Under the pieces are notes generated by a model. It saw nothing but the letters and a program-made list of their open reading frames with translations. It searched no databases and had not been told where the DNA came from. Below, piece after piece: positions 19,025 to 30,009 of a DNA stretch of 64,000 nt. Source of the DNA: an uncultured Planctomycetota bacterium (GTDB taxonomy: Bacteria; Planctomycetota; Planctomycetia; Isosphaerales; Isosphaeraceae); contig CAVTTN010000002.1 of NCBI GenBank assembly GCA_963737655.1, positions 960,001 to 1,024,000 on the forward strand, in the 5' to 3' direction. A program made the translations under genes and the position numbers. Within the stretch, counting starts at the first letter, position 1. Every line of letters begins with the position of its first letter.

Positions 19025-21639
19025 TCAGCCGCCGAGCTTCGCCCGGACCGCCTCGACGGCCTTTTCCAACGCCTCGCCGAGCTTCTCCGGGTCCTTGCCG
19101 CCGGCCTGGGCCATGTCGGGGCGTCCGCCTCCGCCCCCTCCCACGATCGGGGCCACCTCCTTCAGCCAGTTCCCGGCGTGGAGGCCCAGGGCCACGGCGT
19201 CGGGCGTGATCCCGGCGGCGAGGCTCACCTTGCCCTCGATCGCCGAGGCCAGGAGGGCCGCCAGGCCCTTGCCTTCGACCTTCCTCCGCAAGACGTCGAT
19301 CATCTGGCGGAGGTCATCGGGCGAGGCCCCCTCGATCGCCGAGGCGATCACCCGGACGTCGCCGATCGTCCGGGCCGTCGCCAGGAGGTCGTCGGGCGAC
19401 TGCCGGGACGACGGCTCGGCCTTCCTCTGCGCCGCCTGTTTCTTCAGCGTCTTGACCTCGTCGAGGAGGGCCGAGACCCGGGCCGCCGCCTGGCTGGGGG
19501 GCACTCGCAGGGCCGCCGAGACCTCGGCCAGCACCTGCTCCTCCTGGCGGACGTAGTCGAGCGCGGCCTGCCCCGTGAGCGCGGTGATCCTCCTGGTCCC
19601 GGCCGAGACCGATTCCTCGCCCACGACCTTGAACAGGCCGACCTGGCCGACGTTGTCGAGGTGGGTCCCCCCGCAGAGCTCCCGGGAGAACCCGCCCATC
19701 GTGACCACCCGGACGTTCTCCGGGTATTTCTCGCCGAACAGGGCCATCGCGCCGAGCGTCTTGGCCTCGGCGATCGGCATGACGGTCCAGGAGACCGCGT
19801 CCCCCTGCAATACCTTCTCGTTCACGGTCGATTCGATCGCCGCGATCCTCTCGGCGCCGAGGGCCTCGGGGTTGGCGAAGTCGAACCGGAGGCGGTCGGG
19901 CTCGACCTTCGAGCCGGCCTGCTGGGCATGCTTGCCCAGGTGAGTATGAAGGGCGTGATGGAGGACGTGGGTGGCCGAGTGGGCGCGGCGGATCGCCTGG
20001 CGACGCGACGGGTCCACCTCCGCCCGGGCCGACGCATTCAGGCTGATCGTCCCCTCCGTGACGTGGCCGACGTGAAGGGTGAAATCATTGTCCTTCTTCG
20101 TGTCCTCGACCCGGAACTTGAACCCTTCGCCGAGGATCTCGCCGGTGTCGCCGACCTGCCCGCCGCTCTCGCCGTAGAACGGGGTGCGGTCCAGGACCAG
20201 GGCGATCGGGGCGCCGTGGTCGGCCGAGGCCGAGTCGGCCAGCTGCCCCTGGGCGAGGATGCCGATGACCTTCCCCTCGCTCGCGGTGGTCGTGTATCCG
20301 AGGAACTCGCTCCCGTGATGATACGATTGCTTGAGCGTGTCCAGGGGGCCCGTCGAGAAGACCGCGGCGGCCTCGGTGGTGCCCCGGGAGACGGCCGAAT
20401 GCCTCGCCGACTCGGCGTCGAACCCGGCGCGGTCGATCCTCAGGTTCTGCTCGGCGGCGAGGCTCTCGGTGACCTCGACCGGGATGCCGTAGGTCTGGAG
20501 CAGGTCGTGAGCGGACCGGCCGTCGATCGTGTCCGACCCGGCGGCCTTCGTCTTCCGGAACGTGTCGTTGAGCATCCTCAGGCCGTTGTCGAGGTTGCGG
20601 AGGAACTGCTCCTCCTCCTGGGTCACGACGGTCTGGATCCTCCGGACGCTGTCGGCCAGCTCGGGGTACGGCCGCTTCATCACGTCGGCGACGACCGGGA
20701 TGATCCGGGCCAGGAACGGCTCGCGACGGCCCATCTGGTAGGCGTCCAGGACGGCCCTCCGGAGCAGCCGCCGGACGACGTATCCCTGCTTCTCCGCCGA
20801 CGGTTTCACGTTTTCATGGATGCACATCGTCAGGGCGCGGGCATGGTCGGAGATCCGGCGGACGCGGATGCCGTCGGGCGAGTCGCGATCGTAGGCCACG
20901 CCCACCGATTCGGCCGCGGAGGCGACCAGCGGCCGGAAGATGTCGATCTCGAAGTTCGACCGCGCGCCTTGCATGGCGGCGGCCATCCGCTCGAGGCCCA
21001 TCCCGGTGTCGATGTTCTTCTTCGGCAGCGGTTCGAGCTGCCCCGGCCCCACCCGGTTGAACTGGGTGAAGACGAGGTTCCAGATCTCGACCTCCTCGAT
21101 CCCGTCGCCGTGATAGAAGATCTCCGAGCACGGCCCGCAGACGCCATTGGGCCCGTGGGTGGGCGCCCCGGCGGGCCAGAAGTTGTCGTCCTCGCCCATC
21201 CGGGTGATCCGGTCGGGGGCCAGGCCGATCTCCTTGTGCCAGATGTCGAACGCCTCGTCGTCGTCGAGGTAGACCGTCACGGTCAAACGGCCGGCTCGAT
21301 CTTGAAGACTTTGGTGAGCAGCTCCCAGGCCCAGTGGATGGCTTCTTTCTTGAAATAATCTCCGAAGGAGAAGTTGCCGAGCATCTCGAAGAACGTCATG
21401 TGGCGGGGGGTCTTGCCGACGTTCTCGATGTCGCCGGTGCGGATGCACTTCTGGCAGGTGGTGGCCTTGGTGAACGAGGGGTCGCCCAGGCCCATGAATT
21501 CGCGCTTGAACTGGTTCATCCCGGCGGGGGTGAACAGGACGGTCGGATCGTTGGGGACGAGGACGTCCGAAGGCTTCTTGACGCACCCCTTGGAGGCGAA
21601 GAAGTCGAGGTAGGCGTCGCGGAGGTCGTCGGTGGTCAT
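19025..21639 (-). CDS. alaS: Alanine--tRNA ligase (frameshift near 21290)
   Basis: [53 protein letters not shown]. Confidence 0.96.
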
Positions 21640-21823
21640 GAAAGGTCCGGGGGCCGGGTGCGGGGGCATCGAGTCGAAAAGGGACGGGGCGCGAGGCCCG
21701 CCGATCCCCCCAGGATACCCGAAAGGCCCGGGTCGTTCCCAGGTCGAGGCGGGCGGTCGCGAGGGGCGGGCGCCGTGATAGAATGGCCCGGAGTGAGGCC
21801 CGCTCCGCCGCAAGGGGGAAACC

Positions 21824-22408
21824 ATGCAGAATCTCGCATCGCTCGAACCGTCGCCCGAGGAGGTCGAGGCCGCCCTCTCCGACCCCGACGCCTTTTACGA
21901 GATCGTCGACGGGGCGATCGAGGAGAAGCCATCCTTGGGCGCGTTCGCCCTGTTCGTCGCCAAGCACCTCTATGATGCGATGAATGCCTTCAACAAGGAC
22001 CGACCCTCCGGGAGAGTTGTCCACGAATGCAAATTCGTGCTCGACCCGGCTCGCCCCCTGAAGCGTCAGCCCGACGTCTCGTTCGTCTCGTTCGAACGGT
22101 GGCCCGAGGGTCGCCCGATCCCCGAGATGGGCGATTGGGAAGTCGTCCCCGACCTGGCCGTCGAGGTCCTCAGCACCCACGACCAGGACCGCAAGCTCGG
22201 CCGGAAGATCCGCGAGTCTTTCCGCCACGGCGTCCGCCAGGTCTGGGTCGTCAAGCCGCTCTCGCGGGAGGTCTATATCTACACGACCGCTCGGCGGATC
22301 GAGGTCATCGACGAGGAGGTCGGCGAGCTCGACGGCGGCGAGATGCTGCCCGGGTTCCGCGTCTCCCTGGCGGACCTGTTCCGGACGACGGTCGGCCAGG
22401 GAATCTAG
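21824..22408 (+). CDS. Uma2-family endonuclease
   Basis: [34 protein letters not shown]. Confidence 0.9.
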   Translation: MQNLASLEPSPEEVEAALSDPDAFYEIVDGAIEEKPSLGAFALFVAKHLYDAMNAFNKDRPSGRVVHECKFVLDPARPLKRQPDVSFVSFERWPEGRPIPEMGDWEVVPDLAVEVLSTHDQDRKLGRKIRESFRHGVRQVWVVKPLSREVYIYTTARRIEVIDEEVGELDGGEMLPGFRVSLADLFRTTVGQGI

Positions 22409-22501
22409 CGAATCCGGGGATTTTCTCGGAACGCCCGCCGTCCCCGCCCTACTTGGCTTCGAGGGGCGCCACCTGGCCAACGCAGGCCCATCTCATCGAG
22501 G

Positions 22502-23618
22502 ATGATGTCCCATGGCGAATCTCCGCGCCTTCCTGGAATAGCCGAATCGTCCCGGGAGGAGGCCGGTCCGGGCCCTCTCGCTTCCGCCCCGAGCCGAGGC
22601 CCCGGAGCTTCGGGGCCTGATGGCCGCGACCGCGGCCCTAATCCGCCCCTGAACGACCTACCGGTGCCGGTCTCCGACCTCACGGACGCCGGGGGCTCGG
22701 TCTTCTTCGCCCTCGACCCCTCGCCCTCGCTAAGGGACCACTATCACCTCGATTCGAAGACCGGGGCGTATACGGATCTCGGGGTCGCGATCGACTCGGC
22801 CCCGGTGGCCGTGGGCACGGCCCTCTTCTTCGACGCGACCGCCCCGGGCTCGGGCAACGAGCTCTGGAAGTCCGACGGCACGGCCGCCGGCACCTTCCTC
22901 GTCCAGGACATCAACCCCGGGGCCGCCTCCTCGTCCCCCCAGATCGTCGGCGTCCTGCCCGCCGGTCTGGTCTTCTGCGCCGATGATGGGGTCCACGGAA
23001 GCCAGCCGTTCCTCCTGCCCCTCCCCCCGACGATCGCCGCCATCCCCGACCAGACCGTCACCGTCGGTTCGCCCCTGACCCTGCTCGCGTCCGCCTCCGG
23101 CCCCGACGGGGGCCGGTCATCCACCTTCAGCCTCGACCCCAGCGCACCGGCCGGGGCCCAGGACGACGGTCTCGGCCATGACCACGGCCGTCGCCAAGCG
23201 GGGCGGCGCCACGATCACCGTGACCTTCGGCGGGGCGGTCACCGCGGCCTCGGCCGGCGACCCTTTGCATTACGTCCTGGTCCAGAGGGTCAAGAAGGGC
23301 AAGAAGACCGTCGAGAAGCCGATCCCGATCAAGTCGGTCGCCTTCGACCCGGCGACGGGCCGGGCGGTCCTCACGCTCAAGAAGGCCCTGCCGAAGGGCG
23401 GATCGGTGGAGCTCAGGCTGGCCGGCTCGTCGTTCCGCGACCCCTCTGGACGCCCTCTCCAGGGCGACCGCACGGCCACCATCGGCAAGAAGGGGACGGT
23501 CACTCTGTCGGCGGCCCTCGCGGGCGGCACGTCGCTCGACCCGGCCGCCGTCGATGCGGCCCTGGCCGAAATCCCGGCCGGGCGGCGCCATCACTCGGGC
23601 CGCTTCCGCGCCTCGTAG
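22502..23618 (+). pseudogene. Collapsed remnant of an ELWxxDGT-repeat surface protein
   Basis: Single ELWKSDGTAAGT repeat, partial Ig-like PPTIAAIPDQTV, frame change near 23165 into a C-terminal domain; no signal or LExR motif. Confidence 0.6.
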
Positions 23619-24463
23619 ACCTGCCCCAGGTCGTCCTCGGTCGTCGGGCCGAAGTGAACGGCGACTTCGAAGCCGGCCCGTCGGAGGATCTCCGTGAGGT
23701 CGGCGCCGAACTCGGTGAAGACGGGATAGCCGACGTCCCCCCCGGGGTGGCAGATCGCCGGGGCGAGGTGCTCGATCCTGCCGTCGGGGAGGAGCCGGGC
23801 CCGGGGGAACGTCTTCGGCACGTTCGGAAGCCTCGGGATCGTGAACAGGTGCCGACCTCCCGGCCTGAGCACCCGATGGATCTCGCCCAGGGCGAGCCCG
23901 AGGTCCGGGACATGCTCCAAAGTCTCCGAGGTCAGGACCAGGTCGAACGACTCGTCGGGATAGGAGAGCCGGGTCAGGTCTTCGGATCGACCGGCCTCGC
24001 CGAAGTCCGACCAGACGAAGAGGGGCAGGGGGGCCAGCGCCTCGTGGAGGCCGTCGATCCGGTTGATCTCGGCGACTTCGAGGGCGCGGGCCTCGGGCGT
24101 CTCGGCCCATTCCCGGGCCGATCTCGGGCGGGAGGCCGCCGGATAGAGCCTCAACAGGACCTCGGCCAGCCTCCGGCCCCGGAGCTTCGCCCCGCACCGG
24201 GAGCAATCCAGCGTCTCCTTGCGGACCAGCGCCTCGGCCTCCCTCGGCGAGAGTCCCCAGAGCTCGCGGAGCCTCGGCGGGATCGCCCGGGGGCGGCGGA
24301 GCATCGCGCCGACCCTCCCGCAGACGGAGCACCGCTCGACCCTCCCGCGGAGGATCGCCCCGCCGTACTCCCGGATGGCCCAGGCCAGGCGGTGGCCGCC
24401 GTTCCACAGGGGGACCAGAATCCGCTTCAGACCGGGCGGGACGTTCAAGCGGGGCCTCCTCAA
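23591..24463 (-). CDS. Class I SAM-dependent methyltransferase
   Basis: EDLTRLSYPDESFDLV...LEHVPD...RVLRPGG; two CxxC motifs. Confidence 0.85.
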   Translation of the reverse strand: MRRPRLNVPPGLKRILVPLWNGGHRLAWAIREYGGAILRGRVERCSVCGRVGAMLRRPRAIPPRLRELWGLSPREAEALVRKETLDCSRCGAKLRGRRLAEVLLRLYPAASRPRSAREWAETPEARALEVAEINRIDGLHEALAPLPLFVWSDFGEAGRSEDLTRLSYPDESFDLVLTSETLEHVPDLGLALGEIHRVLRPGGRHLFTIPRLPNVPKTFPRARLLPDGRIEHLAPAICHPGGDVGYPVFTEFGADLTEILRRAGFEVAVHFGPTTEDDLGQVYEARKRPE

Positions 24464-24477
24464 GACGGCTCGCGACC

Positions 24478-24506
24478 TTGACCGTCCGACGCGATTTGTC
24501 TACATT
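24478..24506 (+). promoter_or_regulatory. Putative sigma70 promoter of ispG
   Basis: TTGACC-N17-TACATT. Confidence 0.6.
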
Positions 24507-24575
24507 ATCCTTCGATGGAACCGACGCCCAGGGTCCGCGCAAAGCCCGGGACATTCCGAAGATAGGACGGCGACG

Positions 24576-25733
24576 ATGGCCTACAGCACCACGGTCACCC
24601 GGCACAAGACCCGCGAGGTCGCCGTCGGCGACAAGCTCGTGGGCGGCTCGAACCCCGTGTGGGTCCAGTCGATGACCACCACGAACACCTTCGAGGACGC
24701 GCCCACCCTGGAGCAGATCCGCAAGCTGGAAGAGGCCGGCTGCGAGATCGTCCGCGTGACCGTCCCCAAGAAGGAGGACGTGGCCGGCTGCGTCGCCTTC
24801 CGCGACAAGATCAACATCCCCCTGATCGCCGATATCCACTACGACTACCGGATGGCCCTGGCCTGCCTCGACGCCGTCACGCCGTCGGGCAAGAGGGCCA
24901 TCGACAAGGTCCGCATCAACCCCGGCAACCTCGGCGGCGAGGAGCGGTTCAAGGAGGTGATCCGCAAGGCCCGGGACAAGGGCGTCCCGATGCGGATCGG
25001 CGTCAATTCCGGCAGCCTCGAGAAGGACCTGATCGACAAGTACGGCTTCCCCTGCCCCGAGGCGATGGTCGAGAGCGCGTTGCGAGCCATCGAGACGTGC
25101 GAATCGCTCGGGTATCGCGACCTGATCATCTCGCTGAAGGCCAGCCACGTCCCCACGGCCGTCGAGTGCTACTCGCTCTACGCCACCAAGGCCGACTATC
25201 CCACGCATGTCGGCATCACCGAGGCCGGGTCGCGCGAGTACGGCACCCTGAAGAGCGCCGCCGGGATCGGCGCGATCCTGTTGAAGGGGATCGGCGACAC
25301 GATCCGCGTCTCCTTGCTGGGCGACCCCGTCCCCGAGATCGCCGCCGGGTTCGACATCCTCCGGGCCTGCGACCGCCGGGTCACGAAGCCCGAGGTCGTC
25401 GCCTGCCCCACCTGCGGCCGGCTGGACATCGACCTGGAACGGATCGTCGCCGAGGTCGAGGCCAAGATGGACAAGCGCAAGGAACCCCTCAGGATCAGCA
25501 TCCTCGGATGCCTCGTGAACGGCTTCGGCGAGGCGAAGGAGGCCGACCTGGGCATCGCCGCCGGCGCCGGCAAGGGGATCATCTTCAAGAAGGGCGTGCC
25601 GATCCGCCACGTCAAGGAAGACGAGATGGTCGAGGCCCTGATCCAGGAAGTCGAGCGGTTCGACGAGGACACCCCGGCCCTCAAGTCGTTCCAGGAGAAG
25701 CCGAAGAAGAACGCCCTGACGGTCCTGAACTGA
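24576..25733 (+). CDS. ispG: (E)-4-hydroxy-3-methylbut-2-enyl-diphosphate synthase
   Basis: VQSMT, LIADIH, RINPGN, RIGVNSGSL, GIGDTIRVSL, CPTCGR, GC.VN. Confidence 0.97.
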   Translation: MAYSTTVTRHKTREVAVGDKLVGGSNPVWVQSMTTTNTFEDAPTLEQIRKLEEAGCEIVRVTVPKKEDVAGCVAFRDKINIPLIADIHYDYRMALACLDAVTPSGKRAIDKVRINPGNLGGEERFKEVIRKARDKGVPMRIGVNSGSLEKDLIDKYGFPCPEAMVESALRAIETCESLGYRDLIISLKASHVPTAVECYSLYATKADYPTHVGITEAGSREYGTLKSAAGIGAILLKGIGDTIRVSLLGDPVPEIAAGFDILRACDRRVTKPEVVACPTCGRLDIDLERIVAEVEAKMDKRKEPLRISILGCLVNGFGEAKEADLGIAAGAGKGIIFKKGVPIRHVKEDEMVEALIQEVERFDEDTPALKSFQEKPKKNALTVLN

Positions 25734-25791
25734 ATCGGCCTCAGCCTCCGCCTGGCTCACAATCACAGATCTGCTCATCCGATAGGTGTGT

Positions 25792-26424
25792 TCATTCCCC
25801 CAGCAAGTCCGCCACCCGCACGCGGAAGCCCGGCAATTCCGGGCCTCCGACGAGTTCCTGGCGGACGTTGAAGGTCTCGGGGGGCTCGCCGGGGCGGTGG
25901 ACGGCGATCGTCTTGAGATCGGGATCGACGACCCAGACGACCACGCCAAACTCCAGGCAGAGGGCGACCATCTCCACGATGTCCTCGTGCTTGTCCGACG
26001 GGGAGAGGATCTCGACGGCCAGGACGGGCGGACCGTCGTAGATCTTCTGCCCTTCGGGGGTCGCGGCCCTCAATTCGGCCGAGACCACGGCGACGTCGAT
26101 GCCGACGATCGAGTCTTCCGGCCCCGCCAACCGGAATCCACACTCGCCGCCGACGACCTCACCCCGGGGTTCGGGCTGGTCGTCCATCCAGACGTCGAGG
26201 TAACGGCCGATCTTGACGACCCCCCGGCTGTGTTTTCGGCTTCGATACGTCATCGGCCTCCCCTCGGGCGTCACGATCGGGATCACCGGGGCATGAGGAT
26301 CATCCCAGGGCTCCTGACAGATCACGCGCACCTCGCCGCGGATCAATTCCCTGTGGACCCCGTCGTCCGGCAGGGCGAGGAATTCCTCGGCGGTCATCGT
26401 CCTCGGCGGGTCGGCGATGCTCAT
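25792..26424 (-). CDS. Uma2-family endonuclease
   Basis: MTAEEFLALP, RELIRGEV, PVLAVEILSPSD, ELPGFRVRVADL; own SD GAGGAG. Confidence 0.88.
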   Translation of the reverse strand: MSIADPPRTMTAEEFLALPDDGVHRELIRGEVRVICQEPWDDPHAPVIPIVTPEGRPMTYRSRKHSRGVVKIGRYLDVWMDDQPEPRGEVVGGECGFRLAGPEDSIVGIDVAVVSAELRAATPEGQKIYDGPPVLAVEILSPSDKHEDIVEMVALCLEFGVVVWVVDPDLKTIAVHRPGEPPETFNVRQELVGGPELPGFRVRVADLLGE

Positions 26425-26438
26425 GAGCTTGCCCCTCC

Positions 26439-27894
26439 TCAGGCCCTCAGGCCGATCGACACGAACTTCGTCTCCAGGTAAGCATCGAGCCCCTTCGATG
26501 CCCAGCTCCCTGCCCAATCCCGATTCCTTCATCCCGCCGAACGGGCATTGCGGGGTGGCGGGGACCGGGTCGTTGATGCCGATGATCCCCGCTTCGAGCC
26601 CCTCGGCCATCCTGGTCGCGACGGTCAGGTCATTGGTGAAGACATACGCGGCGAGGCCGTAAGGGGTGTCGTTCGCGGCGGCGATCACGTCGTCGATCTT
26701 CGAGAAGTCCAGGATCGGCATGACCGGGGCGAACGGTTCCTCGGTCATGATCTTCATCCGGCCGTCCACCTCGCGGATGACCGTCGGCTCGAAGAAGTAG
26801 CCCTTGTCGAACCGCGACGACTTGCCCCCTCCGGTCAGGATCTTGGCGCCGAGGCCCCTCGCGTCGTCCACCAGCCTCGCCGTCTTCTCCAGGGCCCGGG
26901 CCTCGAACATCGGGCCGACCTGGACGCCTTCGTCCAGGCCGTTGCCGAGCTTCAGCCCCTTCGCGAGCTCGACGGCCGCCTCGGTGAAGTCCCTGGCGAT
27001 GTCCTCATGGACATAGAATCGGGACGGGGCGATGCAGACCTGCCCGTTATTTCGGAACTTGCCGATCACCGCCGCCTGGGCCACCTGCTTCACGTCGGCG
27101 TCGGGGAAGACGATCAGCGGGGCGTGGCCGCCGAGCTCCAGGCTCAGCCGCTTCACGCCGTCGGCCGACCGGCGGATCAGCTCCTTGCCCACGGCCGTCG
27201 AGCCGGTGAAGCTGATCTTGCGGACCTCGGCCCGGGCGAAGTAGGCGTCGGCGATCGAGCGGGCGTCTCCCATGACGAGGTTGGCCACGCCGGGGGGGAG
27301 GCCGGCGTCGATCAGGCACTCGAACATGAGCAGGAAGGACAGGGGGGTCTGGTCGGCCGGGCGGCAGACCACGGTGCAGCCGGCGGCCAGGGCCGGGGCG
27401 ATCTTGCGGCTGGGCAGCGTGACCGGGAAGTTCCAGGGCGTGATGGTGCCGACGACGCCGACCGGGTGCTTGATCGCGTGATGCCTCTTGCCCATGTTCG
27501 CCGGGGGGATGATCCGGCCGTAGCTCCGCTTGCCTTCCTCGGCGAACCATTCGAAGGTGTCGGCGGCGTGGAGGGTCTCGCCCTTGGCTTCGGGCAGCGG
27601 CTTGCCCTGCTCCATCGTCAGGGCCCGGGCGATCCGATCGGCCCGTTCCCTCATGAGCTCGGCCGTGCGCTTGAGGATTTTCGCGCGATCATAGGCCGAA
27701 CTGGCCTTCCACGCCGGGAACGCCTTCGCGGCGGCGTCGATGGCGAGCTCGGCCTCGGGCCGCCCTCCGAAGGCGACCTCGGCGATCGTGGACTCGTCGG
27801 CCGGGTTGATCACGGCGAGGGTCTGGCCGCCCTGGGCGTCGCTCCATCGGCCGTCGATGAACATCTTGGTGGGGAAATCGGTCGCGGTCGCCAT
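26439..27894 (-). CDS. gabD: NAD(P)-dependent succinate-semialdehyde dehydrogenase family (extra G near 26490)
   Basis: ITPWNFP, SFTGST, LELGG, GQVC, EEPFAP, FGGMKESG.GRE; corrected end EGLDAYLETKFVSIGLRA*. Confidence 0.88.
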
Positions 27895-28152
27895 CGCGTC
27901 TCCTCGTCAAAATCGAGCCCGTCGGGAGGTCCGCCCGATCCCCTCCGCGAGTCGCCCCTTACGATACCCTCGGCCTGCCCTTCGCGACAATCGGCCCGGC
28001 CCTCGGCCCCGTCGTCACAATCGATCCCACGGATGTGATCGGCCCGATCGGCTCAAGCCGCCGGCTCTCCGGCGACGATATCGGAGGGGACGGCGACGCT
28101 CGGCCCGGCCCGACGGCCCGACCCCGAGGCCCCGTCGGCTCACGACGGACTG

Positions 28153-28788
28153 GTGAGACATGACCCCATCCTCAAGCGACCGCAAGGGCCCGGCCCTCGA
28201 CGACCGATCGTCCTGGCTCTGGCGGCCTTCGGGACGGCGACCCTGCTCGCCCCCTGGGCGCGAGGCGAGGCGATCCGCCGCCACAAGGCCGCCCATCCGG
28301 CCATCCAGACCCTCTCGCTCAATCACTGGAACGCCTATTACGTCCGGGCCCTGGCCACTCACGACGTCCACCTCGGCGGCCACGGCCCCGAGGCCCTGAA
28401 AGTCCTCTCCGTGAACCCCGACGGCACCCTGCCGGCCATCCCGTTCGTCCAGTACCTGGAATGGCGACACGGCCTGAACGCCAGGCGGTTCGATCGCTAC
28501 CACCCGACCCTCGGGCCGATCCTGGAGAGGGACAAGCTCGTCCGGTCCTCGGTGGCCCCGCCCTCGCCCTCGCCCAGCCCTCCGACCGCGATCGTCCCGG
28601 CCTCGCTGATCCCGCCGACGACGCCAATCCCCCCGATCACCCCGATCACCCCGTCCGTGACCCCCACGACGCCCATCCTCTCGCCCGAGCTTCCGCCGAC
28701 CGTCCCCGAGCCGACGTCCGGCCTGATCGCGGGCGTCCTGATCGGAGCGGCGGCCCTGGCCCGAAGGCGGGCCCGGCGGACCTCCTGA
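28153..28788 (+). CDS. PEP-CTERM protein with Pro/Thr-rich stalk
   Basis: Signal peptide; VPEPTS, TM helix, RRRARR. Confidence 0.85.
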   Translation: MRHDPILKRPQGPGPRRPIVLALAAFGTATLLAPWARGEAIRRHKAAHPAIQTLSLNHWNAYYVRALATHDVHLGGHGPEALKVLSVNPDGTLPAIPFVQYLEWRHGLNARRFDRYHPTLGPILERDKLVRSSVAPPSPSPSPPTAIVPASLIPPTTPIPPITPITPSVTPTTPILSPELPPTVPEPTSGLIAGVLIGAAALARRRARRTS

Positions 28789-28798
28789 GAACCTGGCA

Positions 28799-29206
28799 TC
28801 AACGCTCGCCCGGGGGTCCGGCCTTCTTCGTCCGGTCGCCCCGGCCCGAGCGCTCGCGGCGGGCCTGGCGGGCGGCCTCTTGCCGTTCTCGACGAGCGAG
28901 GTAGGCCACGGCCGCTCGGAGGACGACCGGGGCATCATACGACTTCGTGCCGATCCGAAAGAGGGTCGCCTCGCACGCCTCCACCCGGACGGCCTCGGCC
29001 AGGTTCACTTGCGCCGCGAAATCGGCATCTTCACGAATCAGGCGCTGAAAAGTTTTGTAACTCACCCCCATCATGGCGCAAGCCGTGACCCGGCCTTGAC
29101 CTTTGGAAATCAGGCGGACCATTTCGGAAATCTGAGGATTGGAAAAAATCGTCTTCGGCCGCCCTTTCGCCTTCACCTCGCATCCCTCACCCTCCGATCC
29201 CGCCAC
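28799..29206 (-). CDS. HTH protein resembling a terminase small subunit
   Basis: GRPK...ACAMMGVSYKTF....D.DFA.....AEA; lower GC. Confidence 0.55.
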   Translation of the reverse strand: MAGSEGEGCEVKAKGRPKTIFSNPQISEMVRLISKGQGRVTACAMMGVSYKTFQRLIREDADFAAQVNLAEAVRVEACEATLFRIGTKSYDAPVVLRAAVAYLARRERQEAARQARRERSGRGDRTKKAGPPGER

Positions 29207-29459
29207 GTCGCACCTCTCTTGAACCGGCTAGCCCGACGGGACCGGCCCCCCAGCATCGCGCGATGCCCGAATCGGCCGACCCCCTCCTTCAAGATCGCGA
29301 GGGCGAGACGCCTCGATCACCGATTCCCCACCGAACCCACGAGTCGGCCGAGGGATCGGATCGAAAACCCGCCTCGGGACGGCCCGCCGTCCGATCTGAT
29401 AAGATCCAGGACGCGACCGATTTCCCGGATTTCACCCCGACGTTCCGGAAGGGCCCAGG

Positions 29460-29669
29460 ATGCCGGTCCACGCCATGATCGAGGAGCGGTTGTCGGCCGT
29501 GGAAGCGGCCGTCGCCGAGATTCAACGTCGCCTCCCCCCGCCTCCGTCGCCCGACTGGTTGAACCAGGTCATCGGTTCCCAGAAGGACGAGCCGGCGTTC
29601 GAGGACGTCCTGGCCCTCGGCCGCGAATACCGCCTCGCGGACCTTCCCGCAGAGGGTGGCGACGAGTGA
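29460..29669 (+). CDS. Putative antitoxin
   Basis: 69 aa, IEERLSAVE...W...G...DEPAFEDVL..GREYR; GTGA overlap with a PIN gene. Confidence 0.7.
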   Translation: MPVHAMIEERLSAVEAAVAEIQRRLPPPPSPDWLNQVIGSQKDEPAFEDVLALGREYRLADLPAEGGDE

Positions 29670-29886
29670 AGTTCCTGCTCGATACGGACCATATCAGCGT
29701 CCTCCAGCGAGCGGCTCGGAGGCGGCGAAGGTCTTCGACATCCTGCTCGCCAGGCGTCTTCGGGTCGCGACGATGGACCTTCGGATCGCCGCCATCGCCG
29801 TCTCTCGCGAGATGACCTTGTTGACCCGGAACGTCGGCGACTTCGGCCGGATCGTGGGCCTTCGGACAGAGGATTGGACCGTGTGA
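29666..29886 (+). pseudogene. VapC/PIN toxin with large internal deletion
   Basis: MKFLLDTDHIS joined out of frame to MDLRIAAIA....LLTRN..DF..GL..EDW; 221 bp only. Confidence 0.8.
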
Positions 29887-30009
29887 CCGCCGACCGGATA
29901 GGATGAGCACGCGACCGAACGCCCGAAGGGGCGGGCGTGTCCGACGGAGGGCCGCGCCCGGGAATTCGTCCCGGGGCGGGATTCGGCCCGGAGAGCTCGG
30001 GGCGAGACG

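Noticed and set aside
19025..21639. Programmed frameshift or split alaS
   Set aside because: No slippery site seen; matches the window-wide indel error pattern
25792..27894. 700-aa aldehyde dehydrogenase-Uma2 fusion in the ORF track
   Set aside because: Removing one G from GGGG near 26490 restores the normal ALDH end and a stop at 26439; Uma2 has its own SD and ATG
28799..29206. Prophage
   Set aside because: Only one terminase-small-like gene; no large subunit, portal, capsid or integrase nearby
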